64,000 bases of DNA from Podarcis pityusensis (taxonomy: Eukaryota), in assembly GCA_964106645.2 (NCBI GenBank), contig OZ067053.1; one strand, 5' to 3'. The number at the start of each line of letters is the position of its first letter. Position 1 is the first letter of the stretch. Position numbers and translations under genes: made by a program. A model generated the notes under the pieces. It was not told the origin of the DNA. It did not search any database and was given only the letters and a program-made list of their open reading frames with translations. Below, piece by piece: positions 25,426-38,718 of the stretch.

Positions 25426-25863
25426 CACAGTGATGCAAACCAATGGGGAACTGAGACAAAAACCTTTCCTCTTCCACCAAAGAGCAGTGAGATGTGAATA
25501 CTGAAAGCCAACTTCATCTAATCTGTGTGTACATCTGTTGTCAAGTCCATCCTACTCTGGATGGAACCAGAAGAGACAGAAAACTCTGCAGTCCCACCTC
25601 CTTCCTCACAGCAGGACCTTGGAGCTGCCAGCCCAGCAGACCCTCAAGTCAGCCCTTCCTTGTGGATGAAAGAGCTGCTTTGGGAAAGTCAGGCTGCAGA
25701 CTTCCTTTTTCATTACCAGGTGGAGGTCTGTTTTAGGAATTGTGAGCTATAGTATAAATGGCACCTGCTGACTGCTAGGTTGGGTCTTCACTGAGCCTAT
25801 TATAATGTTCTTATTATTTTCTGAGCATTATTATTATTATTATTATTAGTAGTAGTAGTAGTA

Positions 25864-26090
25864 TAGTGGTACCTCGGGTTACATACACTTCAGGTTACAG
25901 ACTCCCGTAACTCAGAAATAGTACCTCGGGTTAAGAACTTTGCTTCAGGATGAGAACAGAAATCGTGCTCCGGCGGCATGGCTGCAGCAGGAGGCCCCAA
26001 TTAGCTAAAGTGGTGCTTCAGGTTAAGAACAGTTTCAGGTTAAGAACGGACCTCCGGAATGAATTAAGTACGTAACCAGGGGTACCATTG
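25864..26090. mobile_element. Tc1/mariner-type MITE (duplicated copy)
   Basis: Copy of 24105-24331. Confidence 0.8.
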
Positions 26091-26726
26091 TAGCAGTAGT
26101 AGTAGTACAGGCTCAAGTTGTGTGTGTGTGTGTATGTATAAATAACCCATATGATAAAGATAACACAATTGCCAATAGGCGTCATTCCAAAAGAAATGAC
26201 AAACCCTGGGAAATACCTGGAACCCCTAGAACCCCTCACCACTTGGAGATTTGGGTGGCGTGGAAAATAGGCTTTGTGCCTGCAGTTGCTGTCAAGTCCA
26301 ACTTTTTTTGCCTAGAACATGTAAGAGCGAAAGAACACATTTGAAGTCCCTCCTCCTCCTATGGAGCAGCACCCTGGACCTCCCAGCCCAGCCCTCCATC
26401 CCATCCACACCAGGAGTGCCAGGCTTCTGCAGATCCATAGGGCCTGTCCACATTTCTGCTTGCCCAATTTCTGGAAAGCACAGCTATGAGGACTTTTACG
26501 CTTTGCCCCTGCTTTCTAGATATAATTTCCTTTATGCAAATCTGCCCCAGGGCACTTTGATTGAATGTCCCATAATGCTCTACAGGATCTCCAAATCCCA
26601 ATAGAGGCAAAAGATGATCACAGAAGATATTTGCATGAAGGGGCAGCTCTTCAGCTCTGGGGGATTTAAGAGAGGAGTGAGGAAGTTTCCTCCAGAAGTT
26701 CAAACTCCTCTGGAGAGCTCACCATC

Positions 26727-27189
26727 ATGTCTTCCTTTCTCTTTCTCCTTGCTCTTTGTATTTACTGCTCAGGTAAAGCTGGGGAGAAGATCTCATATTC
26801 CCTTAGCCAACAGAAAGCTAATAGCATTTATCATATTTTTTTATTTGAGAACAGTGAAAATGTTCCTTTTTCTCATTTTTTTTAAAACAGGTGTCAACTG
26901 CCAATCAATTTGCACTCAGCCTGCCTCTGAGTCTGTGGCGCCGGGTCAAACAGTTAAACTCTCCTGTACAACTAGTGATACTGGCGACGTTGTTCGGTGG
27001 TATCAACAGAGAGCAGGGCAGGTCCCTCGATTTGTGCAGTATGAGGGTAGCAGCAGGGGAGAAGGGATCCCAGATCGATTCACGGCTTCTCGCTCTGGGA
27101 ACATTGGCTATTTAACCATCACCAACGTCCAGGCTGGAGATGAGGCTGTTTATTACTGTTGCAGATGGTATAGCAGTATTAATGCGTTC
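26727..27189 (+). CDS. IGLV: Ig lambda V10; leader 26727-26772, exon 26891-27189
   Basis: QSICTQP..QYEGSS..YYCCRWYSSINAF. RSS 27190-27228. Confidence 0.92.
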
Positions 27190-27591
27190 CACAGTGATGC
27201 AACGTAATGGGGAAGTGTGACAAAAACCTTTCCTCTTCCACCAAAGAGCAGTGAGATGTGAATACTGAAAACGAATTTCATGTAATCTGTGGCTACATCT
27301 GTTGTCAAGTCCACCCGACTCTGGATGGAACCAGAAGAGACAGAAAATTCTGAAGCCCCACCTCCTTCCCCTCCTTCCTCACTGAAGGACCTTGGAGCTG
27401 CCAGCCCAGAACACCCTCAAGTTAGCACTTCCTTGTGGATGTAAGAGCTGCTTTTGTAAAGTCAGGTTTCAGACTTCATATCATCGCCAGATGGAATTGG
27501 GATTAAGAATTGGGAACTATAGGAGAAATGTCACATACAGATTGCTAGGTTGGTCTTAATTGAGCATCTTATGATATTATGATTATTAAGC

Positions 27592-27624
<33 letters not shown>

Positions 27625-27637
27625 GGCTCAGGTTGTA

Positions 27638-27983
27638 AAGGTAAAGGGACCCCTGACCCATAGGTCCAGTCGCAGATGACTGTGAGGTTGCATTGCTTAT
27701 CTCGATTTATTGGCTGAGGAAGCTAGTGTACAGCTTCCAGGTCATGTGGTCAGCATGACTAAGCCACTTCTGGCGAACCTGAGCAGCGCACAGAAACGCC
27801 ATTTACCTTCCTGCCGGAGCGGGACTATTTATCGGCTTGCACTGCATGCTTTCAAACTGCCAGGTTGGCAGGAGCAGGGACTGAGCAACGGGAGCTCACT
27901 ACGTTGCAGGGATTTGAACTGCTGACCTTCCGATCGGCAAGCCCTAGGCTCTGTGGTTTAACCCACAGCACCACCTGCATCCC
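27638..27983 (-). mobile_element. Sauria SINE
   Basis: 12-bp TSD GCTCAGGTTGTA. Confidence 0.88.
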
Positions 27984-29405
27984 GCTCAGGTTGTATATGT
28001 GTGTAAATAAACCAAATATCATAAAGACACCACCTTCTCGAATGGGCCTCATTCACAAAGGAGAGACAAACCCTGGGAAATGCCTGGAACTGCTGGAACC
28101 TCGCACCAGTTGGAAATTGGGGTGGCGTTCAAAAAGAGGCTTTGTGCCTGCAATTGCTGCCAAGTCCAACTTCTTCTGCCTAGAACTTGTAGGAGATAAA
28201 GAGCACATTTGAAGACCCTCCTCCTGCTGCAGGACCAGGGACCTCCTAGCCCAGCCCTCCATCCCGTCCGCACCCAGAGTGCCAGGCTTCTTCAGATTCC
28301 TAGGTCTTGTCCACATCTCTGCTTGTCCAATTTCTGGAAAGCACAGCTATAAGGACTTTTATGCTTTGCTCCTGCTTTCTAGACAGGAGTCTGGCTGGTT
28401 TTTCCTTTGCCCTGCTGCTTTCCCCTGGAAAACCTGCTCTTCAACCCTAGATCAGAACAACCAGCAATCCGTGGAGAATCCGACTGCCCTTTGCTGCCAT
28501 TCAGAGGTAGATTGCAGATTTTTCCTGGAGAAAGAGGCAGGGGAAAGGGAGCTGTGTCCTTCCTTTCAGATGAAAGTGGTCGGTTTGGAAAGGCTTGGGA
28601 GTTTATATCTATTTAGATCCATTTGAGGTAAAGTGCAATATTAGAGAGACACACGCCAATGGGGGTGCAGCGAACCCAATAATTGTCAAGGAAGGGGCCA
28701 GGCCCCTCAAAACTGCCCAGCGGATGTGCTCACCTGCCACGGGGAATGCTTGTGCCAGTGGTGCCAGCTGTAGGGCATGCGCACGGCATGCCAGACCACC
28801 CTGTGACGTTCGTGCTTGATGTCAGAATGGAGGTCTGTTCTGCAAAGCAGTAATGTGAACCTGAATACGGCAGCTGTGGGGAAATGGTGGCCTTTCAGAA
28901 ATGGGTGGACTCCCATCAGCCCCAGTCAGCATGGCCAATGGCCAGACACATTTGGGCCTTTCTCTAAGTGTTCCTAAAATTTGACAATGCCTCTTGCTCG
29001 TCTGGAGGAAGGATGGAAAGAGACGTGTGAAGACACTTTCGCAGGAGACAGAATTAAAATTTAGAGCCATTGCTCCACCCACTTTTTGCCCTGGTCCCTC
29101 CTCCCATTGGCAGGTGCCTTGGCCAGTCCATGGCTTTAACAAGCCTCTTTCCCCCCCAGAACTGGAGTCTGAAACTAGCATTTCTTCCTACCAATAGCTT
29201 AGAAACTTATGTAAGTAAGCAAAATTTTTCATCTTTCCTGACTGGTGATTTACTGCTGGCTCGCTCCTGTCACTGACCCACTACTTTTTAATTTTATTTT
29301 AAAAATGCTTTATGAAAATCTGTTCTATTCTCCTCTGTTTGACTGCCCCACAATGCTTTGCAGGAACATGAAGCTCTAGGAGAGGTGATTGGATATCCCC
29401 AGAAC

Positions 29406-29686
29406 CAGGGCTGTAGCCAGGGGGTGGTGAGGTGGGCCCCAGCCAGGGGTGCAGGTGAGGAGGGGGCGCAGAATCAGCTAAAATATATGCATAAATATGT
29501 CTATAAATAAAAATACTGATATTGCCTCATAAGGAAAGGTTTTAAATAAAGGGTGAATTGAATAGGTGGAGGGGGTGGGGTTTGGAGGAGAGGCGGAAAG
29601 AAGAGCAACCGGTAATTTGACTGTGGCTAGGGGGTGTAATCTGGATGGATCTGCCAGGGGCGCAAGGTCACCTAGATAGGGTTCTG
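29406..29686. mobile_element. hAT-type MITE in the V11 promoter
   Basis: Copy of 19212-19491. TSD CCCAGAAC/CAAAGAAC. Confidence 0.75.
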
Positions 29687-29791
29687 CAAAGAACACATTT
29701 GCATGAAGGGGAAAGCCTTCAGCTCTGGAAGATTTAAGTGAGGAGAGGGCAAGATCCCTTCAGAAAGTCAGAGTCCCCTGGAGATCTCACC

Positions 29792-30283
29792 ATGGCCCGC
29801 CCTCAATTCATTCTTGCTATTTTGCTTTACTGCTCAGGTAAGGCTGTGGTAATGATTTCTTGTTACAGAGGCAAAGCCAAAGATATTTGAATCCAAGAAA
29901 CATAATGCTTTGTGGGTATTTGAGAATGCTGAAAAGGAACAGAAGTCCTCATATTTGTATTTTCTGTTGTTGCTTCCCCCTGCAAAGGTGTCTCTTCACA
30001 GTCAGATGCGATTCAGCCTGCCTCACAATTGGTGGCCCTGGGACAGACAGTCAAACTCTCCTGTACTACCAGTGACAGCAGCGGCAACTACGTTTTTTGG
30101 TATCAACAGAGACCAGGACAGGCCCCTCGCTATGTCCACTGCGAGAGTTGTAGCAAGGGAGAAGGGATCCCCGATGGATTTACTGCTTCCCGCTCTGGGA
30201 CCATTGGCTATTTAACCATCACCAACGTCCAGGTTGGAGATGAGGCTGTTTACTACTGTGGCAGATGGTATGGTAACACGTTC
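29792..30283 (+). CDS. IGLV: Ig lambda V11; leader 29792-29837, exon 29988-30283
   Basis: Exon matches V7 except PDRF to PDGF. Leader MARPQFILAILLYCS. RSS 30284-30322. Confidence 0.9.
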
Positions 30284-30677
30284 CACAGTGATGCAAACTG
30301 ATGGGGAACTGAGACAAAAACCTTTCCTCTTCCACCAAAGAGCAGTGAGATGTGAATACTGAAAACCAACTTCATCTAATCTGTGTCTACATCTGTTGTC
30401 AAGTCAATCCTACTCTGGATGGAGCTAGAAGAGACAGAAAACTCTGAATTCCCACCTCCTTCATCACAGCAGGACCTTGGACCAGCCAACCCATCACACC
30501 CAGTCAGCACTTCCTTGTGGATCAAAGAGCTGCTTTTGGAAAGTCAGGCTTCAGACTTCATATCATTGCCAGATGGAAGTCTGCTTTAGAGTTGGTGAGC
30601 TATAGCAGAAATGCCACCTGCAGATTGCTAGGTCAATCTTCATCGAGCATTTTATAATATTATTATTATTTACTGAA

Positions 30678-30723
<46 letters not shown>

Positions 30724-33408
30724 TCAGGCTCAGGTTATATATATGTGTAAATAAACCATATATCATAAAGACTCCACAATCTCCAATGGGCCTCTTTCCG
30801 AAAGGAAGGACGAACTCTGGGAAATACCTGGAACCTCCCACCACTTGGAGATTGGAGTGACGTGGAAAAAGAGGCTTTGAGCCTGCAATTGCTGTCAAGT
30901 CAAACTTGTTATTCCTAGAACTTGTAAGAGAGAAAGAACACATTTGAAGTCCCCCCTCCTCCGGGACCAGGGACCTTCCAACCCAGCCCTCAATACCGTC
31001 CGCACCTGGAGTGCCAGGCTTCCGCAGATTCCTAGGGCTTCTCCACATTTCTGCTTGTCCCATTCCTAGAAAGCACAGCTACGAGGACTTTTATTGCTTT
31101 GCCCCTGCTTTCTAGGCATGAGTCTGGCTGGTTTTGCCTTTGCCCTGCTGCTTTCCCCTGGAAAACCTGCTCTTCAATCCTAAATCGGAACAACCAGCAA
31201 TCTGTGGGGAATCCGATTGCCAGACCTTTCAAGTGTCTCTATTTTCCAGGGTCAGTCTTGAATCTACATAAACCATCCTGGTTTCTGATTTGAGTCTCAC
31301 TTTTCCTTAGATCGTCCCAATTTCCATCTGAGAAATGTTGGAGGGTATGGAGTCACTGAACCCACAAGCCATTTAAGACAGCCCTATATAGCCAAGTCTT
31401 TAATGTTTTATTATGCTTTATGTATGTTGGATGCCACCCAGAGTGGCACCCCAGTCAGATGGGCAGGGTATAAAGAGTTAAATTATTATTATGGGATAGG
31501 AGGTCCCTATTTTCATTGGAGAAATGTTGGAGGGTACATTGACAGGCATCTGCCCAAGAGTCATATTCCCCACCTGGTAACTTTCCATGGGTCCCGTGTC
31601 ACGGGTGGGTGGGGCCAGAGGCAAAGGTGCCATGAACAGATATTTTACCTCTCTACTGTAGGCTAGTCCCCCCAACACTCACTATCCTCCATCCACGAAA
31701 TGAGAGGCATCAGCGGAATACGAGGGCACATCCCTGCCAGGCAGAAACCCTTGGGGTGGAAACAGAGCCAGTGGAAGGTGTGGCTAGAGGAGAGTGGGCG
31801 TGGCCTAGAGCAGTGGCAACGTGTGTGTGGGGAATGGGGTGCTTGCCCCAGACAGAAAATTGTTAGGGGCACAAAAATTTGTACACTTGGTGTTGCCTCA
31901 ATACAACTGCGCACTTCCGTAATGTGCTCCCTTGAAAAAAGGTTTTCCATGTGAAGTTGACCTCTCCAACTAATGGGGTGACTCTTATTTTCTTGTCTCT
32001 TTGGCTGCAATCTCCTGGGTGATGTAGAGGCTGCAAGGCAGTTGAATGTGCATGCGTACTTTATCCGTTTCCCTCCCCCCCTGCACTTGGCCCCGGGCGC
32101 TGCAACCCATGCTACACCACTGGCCTGCAGGGCCAGACAGAGTCACCCACAGAGACACATTGCTCTCTGAGCTTGCGGCTTGTGTTACAGGTTGAGCAGC
32201 TGCTTCCAGAAGTGACAGATGCTGTCAGGTGTTGTCAAAGGCTTCTGGCTAATTGCCCAGGAAATTAGAGAGGAAGAGAAAGAGTGAGTTTTCCAGTGAC
32301 GTTCTGTGTGATGCAAAAATCAGGCACTCTTTCTGCTTCTCGTCTTCCATTGTTTTTCATAGTTGTGGCACCTCAGGAGCTCTAGGTCCACTCTCCCCGC
32401 AACTGGACAGAGAGTCAGGGGAGAGGGAGAGGGAGAGGGGGGGAAATCTCTATAGGCTACTCAATCTCCTGCTCCCTGACCCTCAAGTCTGCCTTGATAC
32501 TGCACTGAGTATCCAGATGGGCTCAGCTGGGTGAGACCAAATCCACTCTGCTCTCAGAGGCGATTCAACTGGTTTGGCCTAATTGGGCAAGTCGCTGCTG
32601 AAATCTGGGAGCCCAAAGTCTCCCACCCAGATCTCAGTGATACTTTTCTTGCTACTCTTGAAGGCTGCGTGTTTTTTCATCACAATCTCTGCTCCTCATA
32701 TGTCAGAAGGTGGCAGCAGAGACTGTGCCTTTTGAAATACGGAGAACGAATGTTTTCTTCACCAAGTTTATGCAATAATTTAAAGCTTAATAGTTTTGTA
32801 CAGCAGAGGTATGGAAACCATGGCCTTTCTGAAGTTGTGGGGCTCCAACTCCAGTCCCAGCCACAAGAACAACAGGTGCATGCAAAGAGCAGGTGGACCA
32901 ATCGGTCCCTTTCTGTGCAGGAGGACATAGACTAGGTTGTCCAGGTTAGAAAATGATAAGACAAAAGAAGAAAAATTCACAACCTTACTTTAAATTATAA
33001 AAAGTTAAGATACAATGAAAGAATGAACTTTCTAAGACTTTTTCAGAATTATGAGCTCTTTTCATTCCTACACAGTGCTCTATCTATAAAGCCCAGGTTA
33101 GGAATGTTCCCAAGTGAGATGTTCCACACTATACTGCAAAGAGTCCCTTCATGCCTATCTCATCACATCCTGGCTGAACAAAGGGCCATTCCTGTTGCTT
33201 TGAAAAATCTCCTTTATGCAAATCTGCCCTTGGACCCTTTGACTGAATGTCCCATAATGCTCTGTAGGATCTCCAAACTCCAATAGAGGTAATCGATGAT
33301 CACAGAAGACATTTGCATGAAGGGGCAGCTCTTCAGCTCTGGGGGATTTAAGAGAGGAGTGAGGAAGTTTCCTTCAGACATTGAAACTCCTCTGGAGAGC
33401 TCACCGTC

Positions 33409-33866
33409 ATGGCTTCATTTCTCTTTCTCCTTGCTCTTTTTTTTTACTGCTCAGGTAAAGCTGGAGATCTCATGTTCCATTGGCCAACCAAAAGTGAACT
33501 GCATTTATCATATTTACTTATTTGAGAACACTGAAAATGTTCCTTTTTCTCATTTTTCTTTAAACAGGTGTCATCTCTCAGTCAATTTGCACTCAGCCTG
33601 CCTCTGAGTCTGTGTTGCCGGGTCAATCTATTAAACTCTCCTGTACAACTAGTGATACTGGCTCCGCTGTTCGCTGGTTTCAACAGAGATCAGGGCAGGC
33701 CCCTCGCTTTGTGCACTGTGAGAGTTGCAGCAAGGGAGAAGGGATCCCCAATCGATTCACCGCTTCCCGCTCTGGGACCGTTGGCTATTTAACCATCACC
33801 AACGTCCAGGTTGAAGACGAAGCTGTTTATTACTGTTGCAGATGGTATAGCAGTATTAATGCGTTC
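33409..33866 (+). CDS. IGLV: Ig lambda V12 (same protein as V8); leader 33409-33454, exon 33568-33866
   Basis: Identical translation to V8 and V9. RSS 33867-33905. Confidence 0.9.
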
Positions 33867-34304
33867 CACAGTGATGCAAACCAATGGGGAACTGAGACAA
33901 AAACCTTTCCTCTTCCACCAAAGAGCAGTGAGATGTGAATACTGAAAGCCAACTTCATCTAATCTGTGTGTACATCTGTTGTCAAGTCCATCCTACTCTG
34001 GATGGAACCAGAAGAGACAGAAAACTCTGCAGTCCCACCTCCTTCCTCACAGCAGGACCTTGGAGCTGCCAGCCCAGCAGACCCTCAAGTCAGCCCTTCC
34101 TTGTGGATGAAAGAGCTGCTTTGGGAAAGTCAGGCTGCAGACTTCCTTTTTCATTACCAGGTGGAGGTCTGTTTTAGGAATTGTGAGCTATAGTATAAAT
34201 GGCACCTGCTGACTGCTAGGTTGGGTCTTCACTGTGCCTATTATAATGTTCTTATTATTTTCTGAGCATTATTATTATTATTATTAGTAGTAGTAGTAGT
34301 AGTA

Positions 34305-34531
34305 TAGTGGTACCTCGGGTTACATACACTTCAGGTTACAGACTCCCGTAACTCAGAAATAGTACCTCGGGTTAAGAACTTTGCTTCAGGATGAGAACAG
34401 AAATCGTGCTCCGGCGGCATGGCTGCAGCAGGAGGCCCCAATTAGCTAAAGTGGTGCTTCAGGTTAAGAACAGTTTCAGGTTAAGAACGGACCTCCGGAA
34501 TGAATTAAGTACGTAACCAGGGGTACCATTG
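34305..34531. mobile_element. Tc1/mariner-type MITE (duplicated copy)
   Basis: Copy of 24105-24331. Confidence 0.8.
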
Positions 34532-35167
34532 TAGCAGTAGTAGTAGTACAGGCTCAAGTTGTGTGTGTGTGTGTATGTATAAATAACCCATATGATAAAG
34601 ATAACACAATTGCCAATAGGCGTCATTCCAAAAGAAATGACAAACCCTGGGAAATGCCTGGAACCCCTAGAACCCCTCACCACTTGGAGATTTGGGTGGC
34701 GTGGAAAATAGGCTTTGTGCCTGCAGTTGCTGTCAAGTCCAACTTTTTTTGCCTAGAACATGTAAGAGCGAAAGAACACATTTGAAGTCCCTCCTCCTCC
34801 TATGGAGCAGCACCCTGGACCTCCCAGCCCAGCCCTCCATCCCATCCACACCAGGAGTGCCAGGCTTCTGCAGATCCATAGGGCCTGTCCACATTTCTGC
34901 TTGCCCAATTTCTGGAAAGCACAGCTATGAGGACTTTTACGCTTTGCCCCTGCTTTCTAGATATAATCTCCTTTATGCAAATCTGCCCCAGGGCACTTTG
35001 ATTGAATGTCCCATAATGCTCTACAGGATCTCCAAATCCCAATAGAGGCAAAAGATGATCACAGAAGATATTTGCATGAAGGGGCAGCTCTTCAGCTCTG
35101 GGGGATTTAAGAGAGGAGTGAGGAAGTTTCCTCCAGAAGTTCAAACTCCTCTGGAGAGCTCACCATC

Positions 35168-35630
35168 ATGTCTTCCTTTCTCTTTCTCCTTGCTCTTTGT
35201 ATTTACTGCTCAGGTAAAGCTGGGGAGAAGATCTCATATTCCCTTAGCCAACAGAAAGCTAATAGCATTTATCATATTTTTTTATTTGAGAACAGTGAAA
35301 ATGTTCCTTTTTCTCATTTTTTTTAAAACAGGTGTCAACTGCCAATCAATTTGCACTCAGCCTGCCTCTGAGTCTGTGGCGCCGGGTCAAACAGTTAAAC
35401 TCTCCTGTACAACTAGTGATACTGGCGACGTTGTTCGGTGGTATCAACAGAGAGCAGGGCAGGTCCCTCGATTTGTGCAGTATGAGGGTAGCAGCAGGGG
35501 AGAAGGGATCCCAGATCGATTCACGGCTTCTCGCTCTGGGAACATTGGCTATTTAACCATCACCAACGTCCAGGCTGGAGATGAGGCTGTTTATTACTGT
35601 TGCAGATGGTATAGCAGTATTAATGCGTTC
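35168..35630 (+). CDS. IGLV: Ig lambda V13 (same protein as V10); leader 35168-35213, exon 35332-35630
   Basis: Identical translation to V10. RSS 35631-35669. Confidence 0.9.
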
Positions 35631-36032
35631 CACAGTGATGCAACGTAATGGGGAAGTGTGACAAAAACCTTTCCTCTTCCACCAAAGAGCAGTGAGATGT
35701 GAATACTGAAAACGAATTTCATGTAATCTGTGGCTACATCTGTTGTCAAGTCCACCCGACTCTGGATGGAACCAGAAGAGACAGAAAATTCTGAAGCCCC
35801 ACCTCCTTCCCCTCCTTCCTCACTGAAGGACCTTGGAGCTGCCAGCCCAGAACACCCTCAAGTTAGCACTTCCTTGTGGATGTAAGAGCTGCTTTTGTAA
35901 AGTCAGGTTTCAGACTTCATATCATCGCCAGATGGAATTGGGATTAAGAATTGGGAACTATAGCAGAAATGTCACATGCAGATTGCTAGGTTGGTCTTAA
36001 TTGAGCATCTTATGATATTATGATTATTAAGC

Positions 36033-36068
<36 letters not shown>

Positions 36069-36081
36069 GGCTCAGGTTGTA

Positions 36082-36427
36082 AAGGTAAAGGGACCCCTGA
36101 CCCATAGGTCCAGTCGCAGATGACTGTGAGGTTGCATTGCTTATCTCGATTTATTGGCTGAGGAAGCTAGTGTACAGCTTCCAGGTCATGTGGTCAGCAT
36201 GACTAAGCCACTTCTGGCGAACCTGAGCAGCGCACAGAAACGCCATTTACCTTCCTGCCGGAGCGGGACTATTTATCGGCTTGCACTGCATGCTTTCAAA
36301 CTGCCAGGTTGGCAGGAGCAGGGACTGAGCAACGGGAGCTCACTACGTTGCAGGGATTTGAACTGCTGACCTTCCGATCGGCAAGCCCTAGGCTCTGTGG
36401 TTTAACCCACAGCACCACCTGCATCCC
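36082..36427 (-). mobile_element. Sauria SINE (duplicate of 27638)
   Basis: Same TSD GCTCAGGTTGTA. Confidence 0.88.
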
Positions 36428-37831
36428 GCTCAGGTTGTATATGTGTGTAAATAAACCAAATATCATAAAGACACCACCTTCTCCAATGGGCCTCATTCAC
36501 AAAGGGGAGACAAACCCTGGGAAATGCCTGGAACTGCTGGAACCTCGCACCAGTTGGAAATTGGGGTGGCGTTCAAAAAGAGGCTTTGTGCCTGCAGTTG
36601 CTGCCAAGTCCAACTTCTTCTGCGTAGAACACAGTTGAAGTCCCCCCTCCTCCTGCAGAGAAGGACCAGGGACCTCCCGACCCAGCCCTCCATCCCATCC
36701 ATACCCAAAGTGCCAGGCTTCTTTAGATGCATAGGGCTTGTCCACATTTCTGCTTGTCCAATTTCTGGAAACCACAAATAAAAGCTGTTTTATGCTTTGC
36801 CCCTGCTTTCTAGACAGGAGTCTGCCTGGTTTTGCCTTTGCCCTGCTGCTTTCCTCAGAAAACCTGCTCTTCAACCCTAAATCAGAACAACCAGCAATCT
36901 GTGAAAAATCTGATTGCTGTTAGCTGCCATTCAGAGGTAAATTGCAGGTTTTTCCTGGGGAAAGAGGCACGGGAAACGGAGCTGTGCCCCTCCTTTTGGA
37001 TTAAAGTGGTCGGTTTGGAAAGGCTTGGGAGTTTATATCTATTTAGATCCATTTGAGGAAAAGTGAAATATTAGAGAGACACGCGCCATTGGGGGCGCAG
37101 CGAACCCAATAATTGTCAAGGAAGGCGCCAGGCCCCTCAAAACTGCCCAGCGGATGTGCTCACCTGCCACAGGAAATGCTTGTGTCAGTGGTGCAAGCTG
37201 TAGGGCATGCGCACGGCATGCCAGACCACCCTGTGACGTTCGTGCCTGATGTCAGAATGGAGGCCTGTTCTGCAAAGCAGTAACGTGAACCTGAATACGG
37301 CAGCTGAGGGGAAATGGTGGCCTTTCAGAAATGGGTGGACTCCCATCAGCCCCAGTCAGCATGGCCAATGGCCAGACACATTTGGGCCTTTCTCTAAGTG
37401 TTCCTAAAATTTGACAATGCCTCTTGCTCGTCTGGAGGGAGGATGGAAAGAGACGTGTGAAGACACTTTCGCAGGAGACAGAATTAAAATTCAGAGCCAT
37501 TGCTCCACCCACTTTTTGCTCTGGTCCCTCCTCCCATTGGCAGGTGCCTTGGCCAGTCCATGGCTTTAACAAGCCTCTTTCCCCCCAGAACTGGAGTCTG
37601 AAACTAGCATTTCTTCCTACCAATAGCTTAGAAACTTATGTAAGTAAGCAACATTTGGCTTTCCTGACTGGTGATTTACTGCTGGCTCGGTCCTGTCACT
37701 GACCCACTACTTTTAAATTTTATTTTAAAAATGCTTTATGAAAATCTGTTCTATTCTCCTCTGTTTGACTGCCCCACAATGCTTTGCAGGAACATGAAAC
37801 TCTAGGAGAGGTGATTGGATATCCACAGAAC

Positions 37832-38111
37832 CAGGGCTGTAGCTAGGGGGTGGTGAGGTGGACCCCCGCCAGGGGTGCAGGTGAGGAGGGGGCGCAGAAT
37901 CAGCTAAAATATATGCATAAATATGTCTATAAATAAACATATTGATATTGCCTCATAAGGAAAGGTTTTTAATAGAGGGTGAATTGAATAGGTGGAGGGG
38001 GTGGGTTTTGGAGGAGAGGCGGAAGCAGAGCTACCAGTAATTTGTCTGTGGCTAGGGGGTGCAATCTGGATGGTTCTGCCAGGGGCGCAAGGTCACCTAG
38101 ATACGGTTCTG
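37832..38111. mobile_element. hAT-type MITE in the V14 promoter
   Basis: TSD CACAGAAC/CACAGAGC. Confidence 0.78.
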
Positions 38112-38216
38112 CACAGAGCACATTTGCATGAAGGGGAAAGCCTTGAGCTCTGGGATATTTAAGAGAGGAGAGGGCAAGATCCCTTCAGAAAGTCAGACTC
38201 CCCTGGAGAGCTCACC

Positions 38217-38718
38217 ATGGCCCTCTCTCAGTTCATCCTTGCTATTTTCCTTTACTGCTCAGGTAAGGCTGTGGAGGTGATTTCTTGCTACAAAGGCCAA
38301 GCCAAAGATATTTGAATCTATCCAAGAAACATAATGCGTTGTGGGCATTTGAGAATGCTGAAAAGGAACAGAGGTCCTCATATTTATATTTTCTGTTGTT
38401 GCTTCCCCCTGCAAAGGTGTCTCTTCACAGTCAGATGCGATTCAGCCTGCCTCACAATCGGTGGCCCTGGGACAAACGGTCAAACTCTCCTGTACTACCA
38501 GTGACAGCAGCGGCAACGACGTTTTTTGGTATCAACAGAGGCCAGGACAGGCCCCTCGCTATGTCCACTGTGAGAGTTGCAGCAGGGGAGAAGGGATCCC
38601 CGATCGATTTACTGCTTCCCGCTCTGGGACCATTGGTTATTTAACCATCAGCAACACCCAGGCTGGAGACGAGGCTGTTTATTACTGTTGCAGATGGTAT
38701 AGCAGTGCTAGCATGTTC
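38217..38718 (+). CDS. IGLV: Ig lambda V14; leader 38217-38262, exon 38417-38718
   Basis: QSDAIQP..HCESC..YYCCRWYSSASMF. Non-consensus RSS 38719-38757: CACATTG-23-ACAGAAACC. Confidence 0.88.

Larger units (their letters stand above)
23090..26690 (+). repeat. Tandem duplication with 1759-bp period (V8/V9 units)
   Basis: Identical ORFs at 23096/24855 and 23412/25171, and near-identical ORFs at 24492/26251. Confidence 0.9.
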
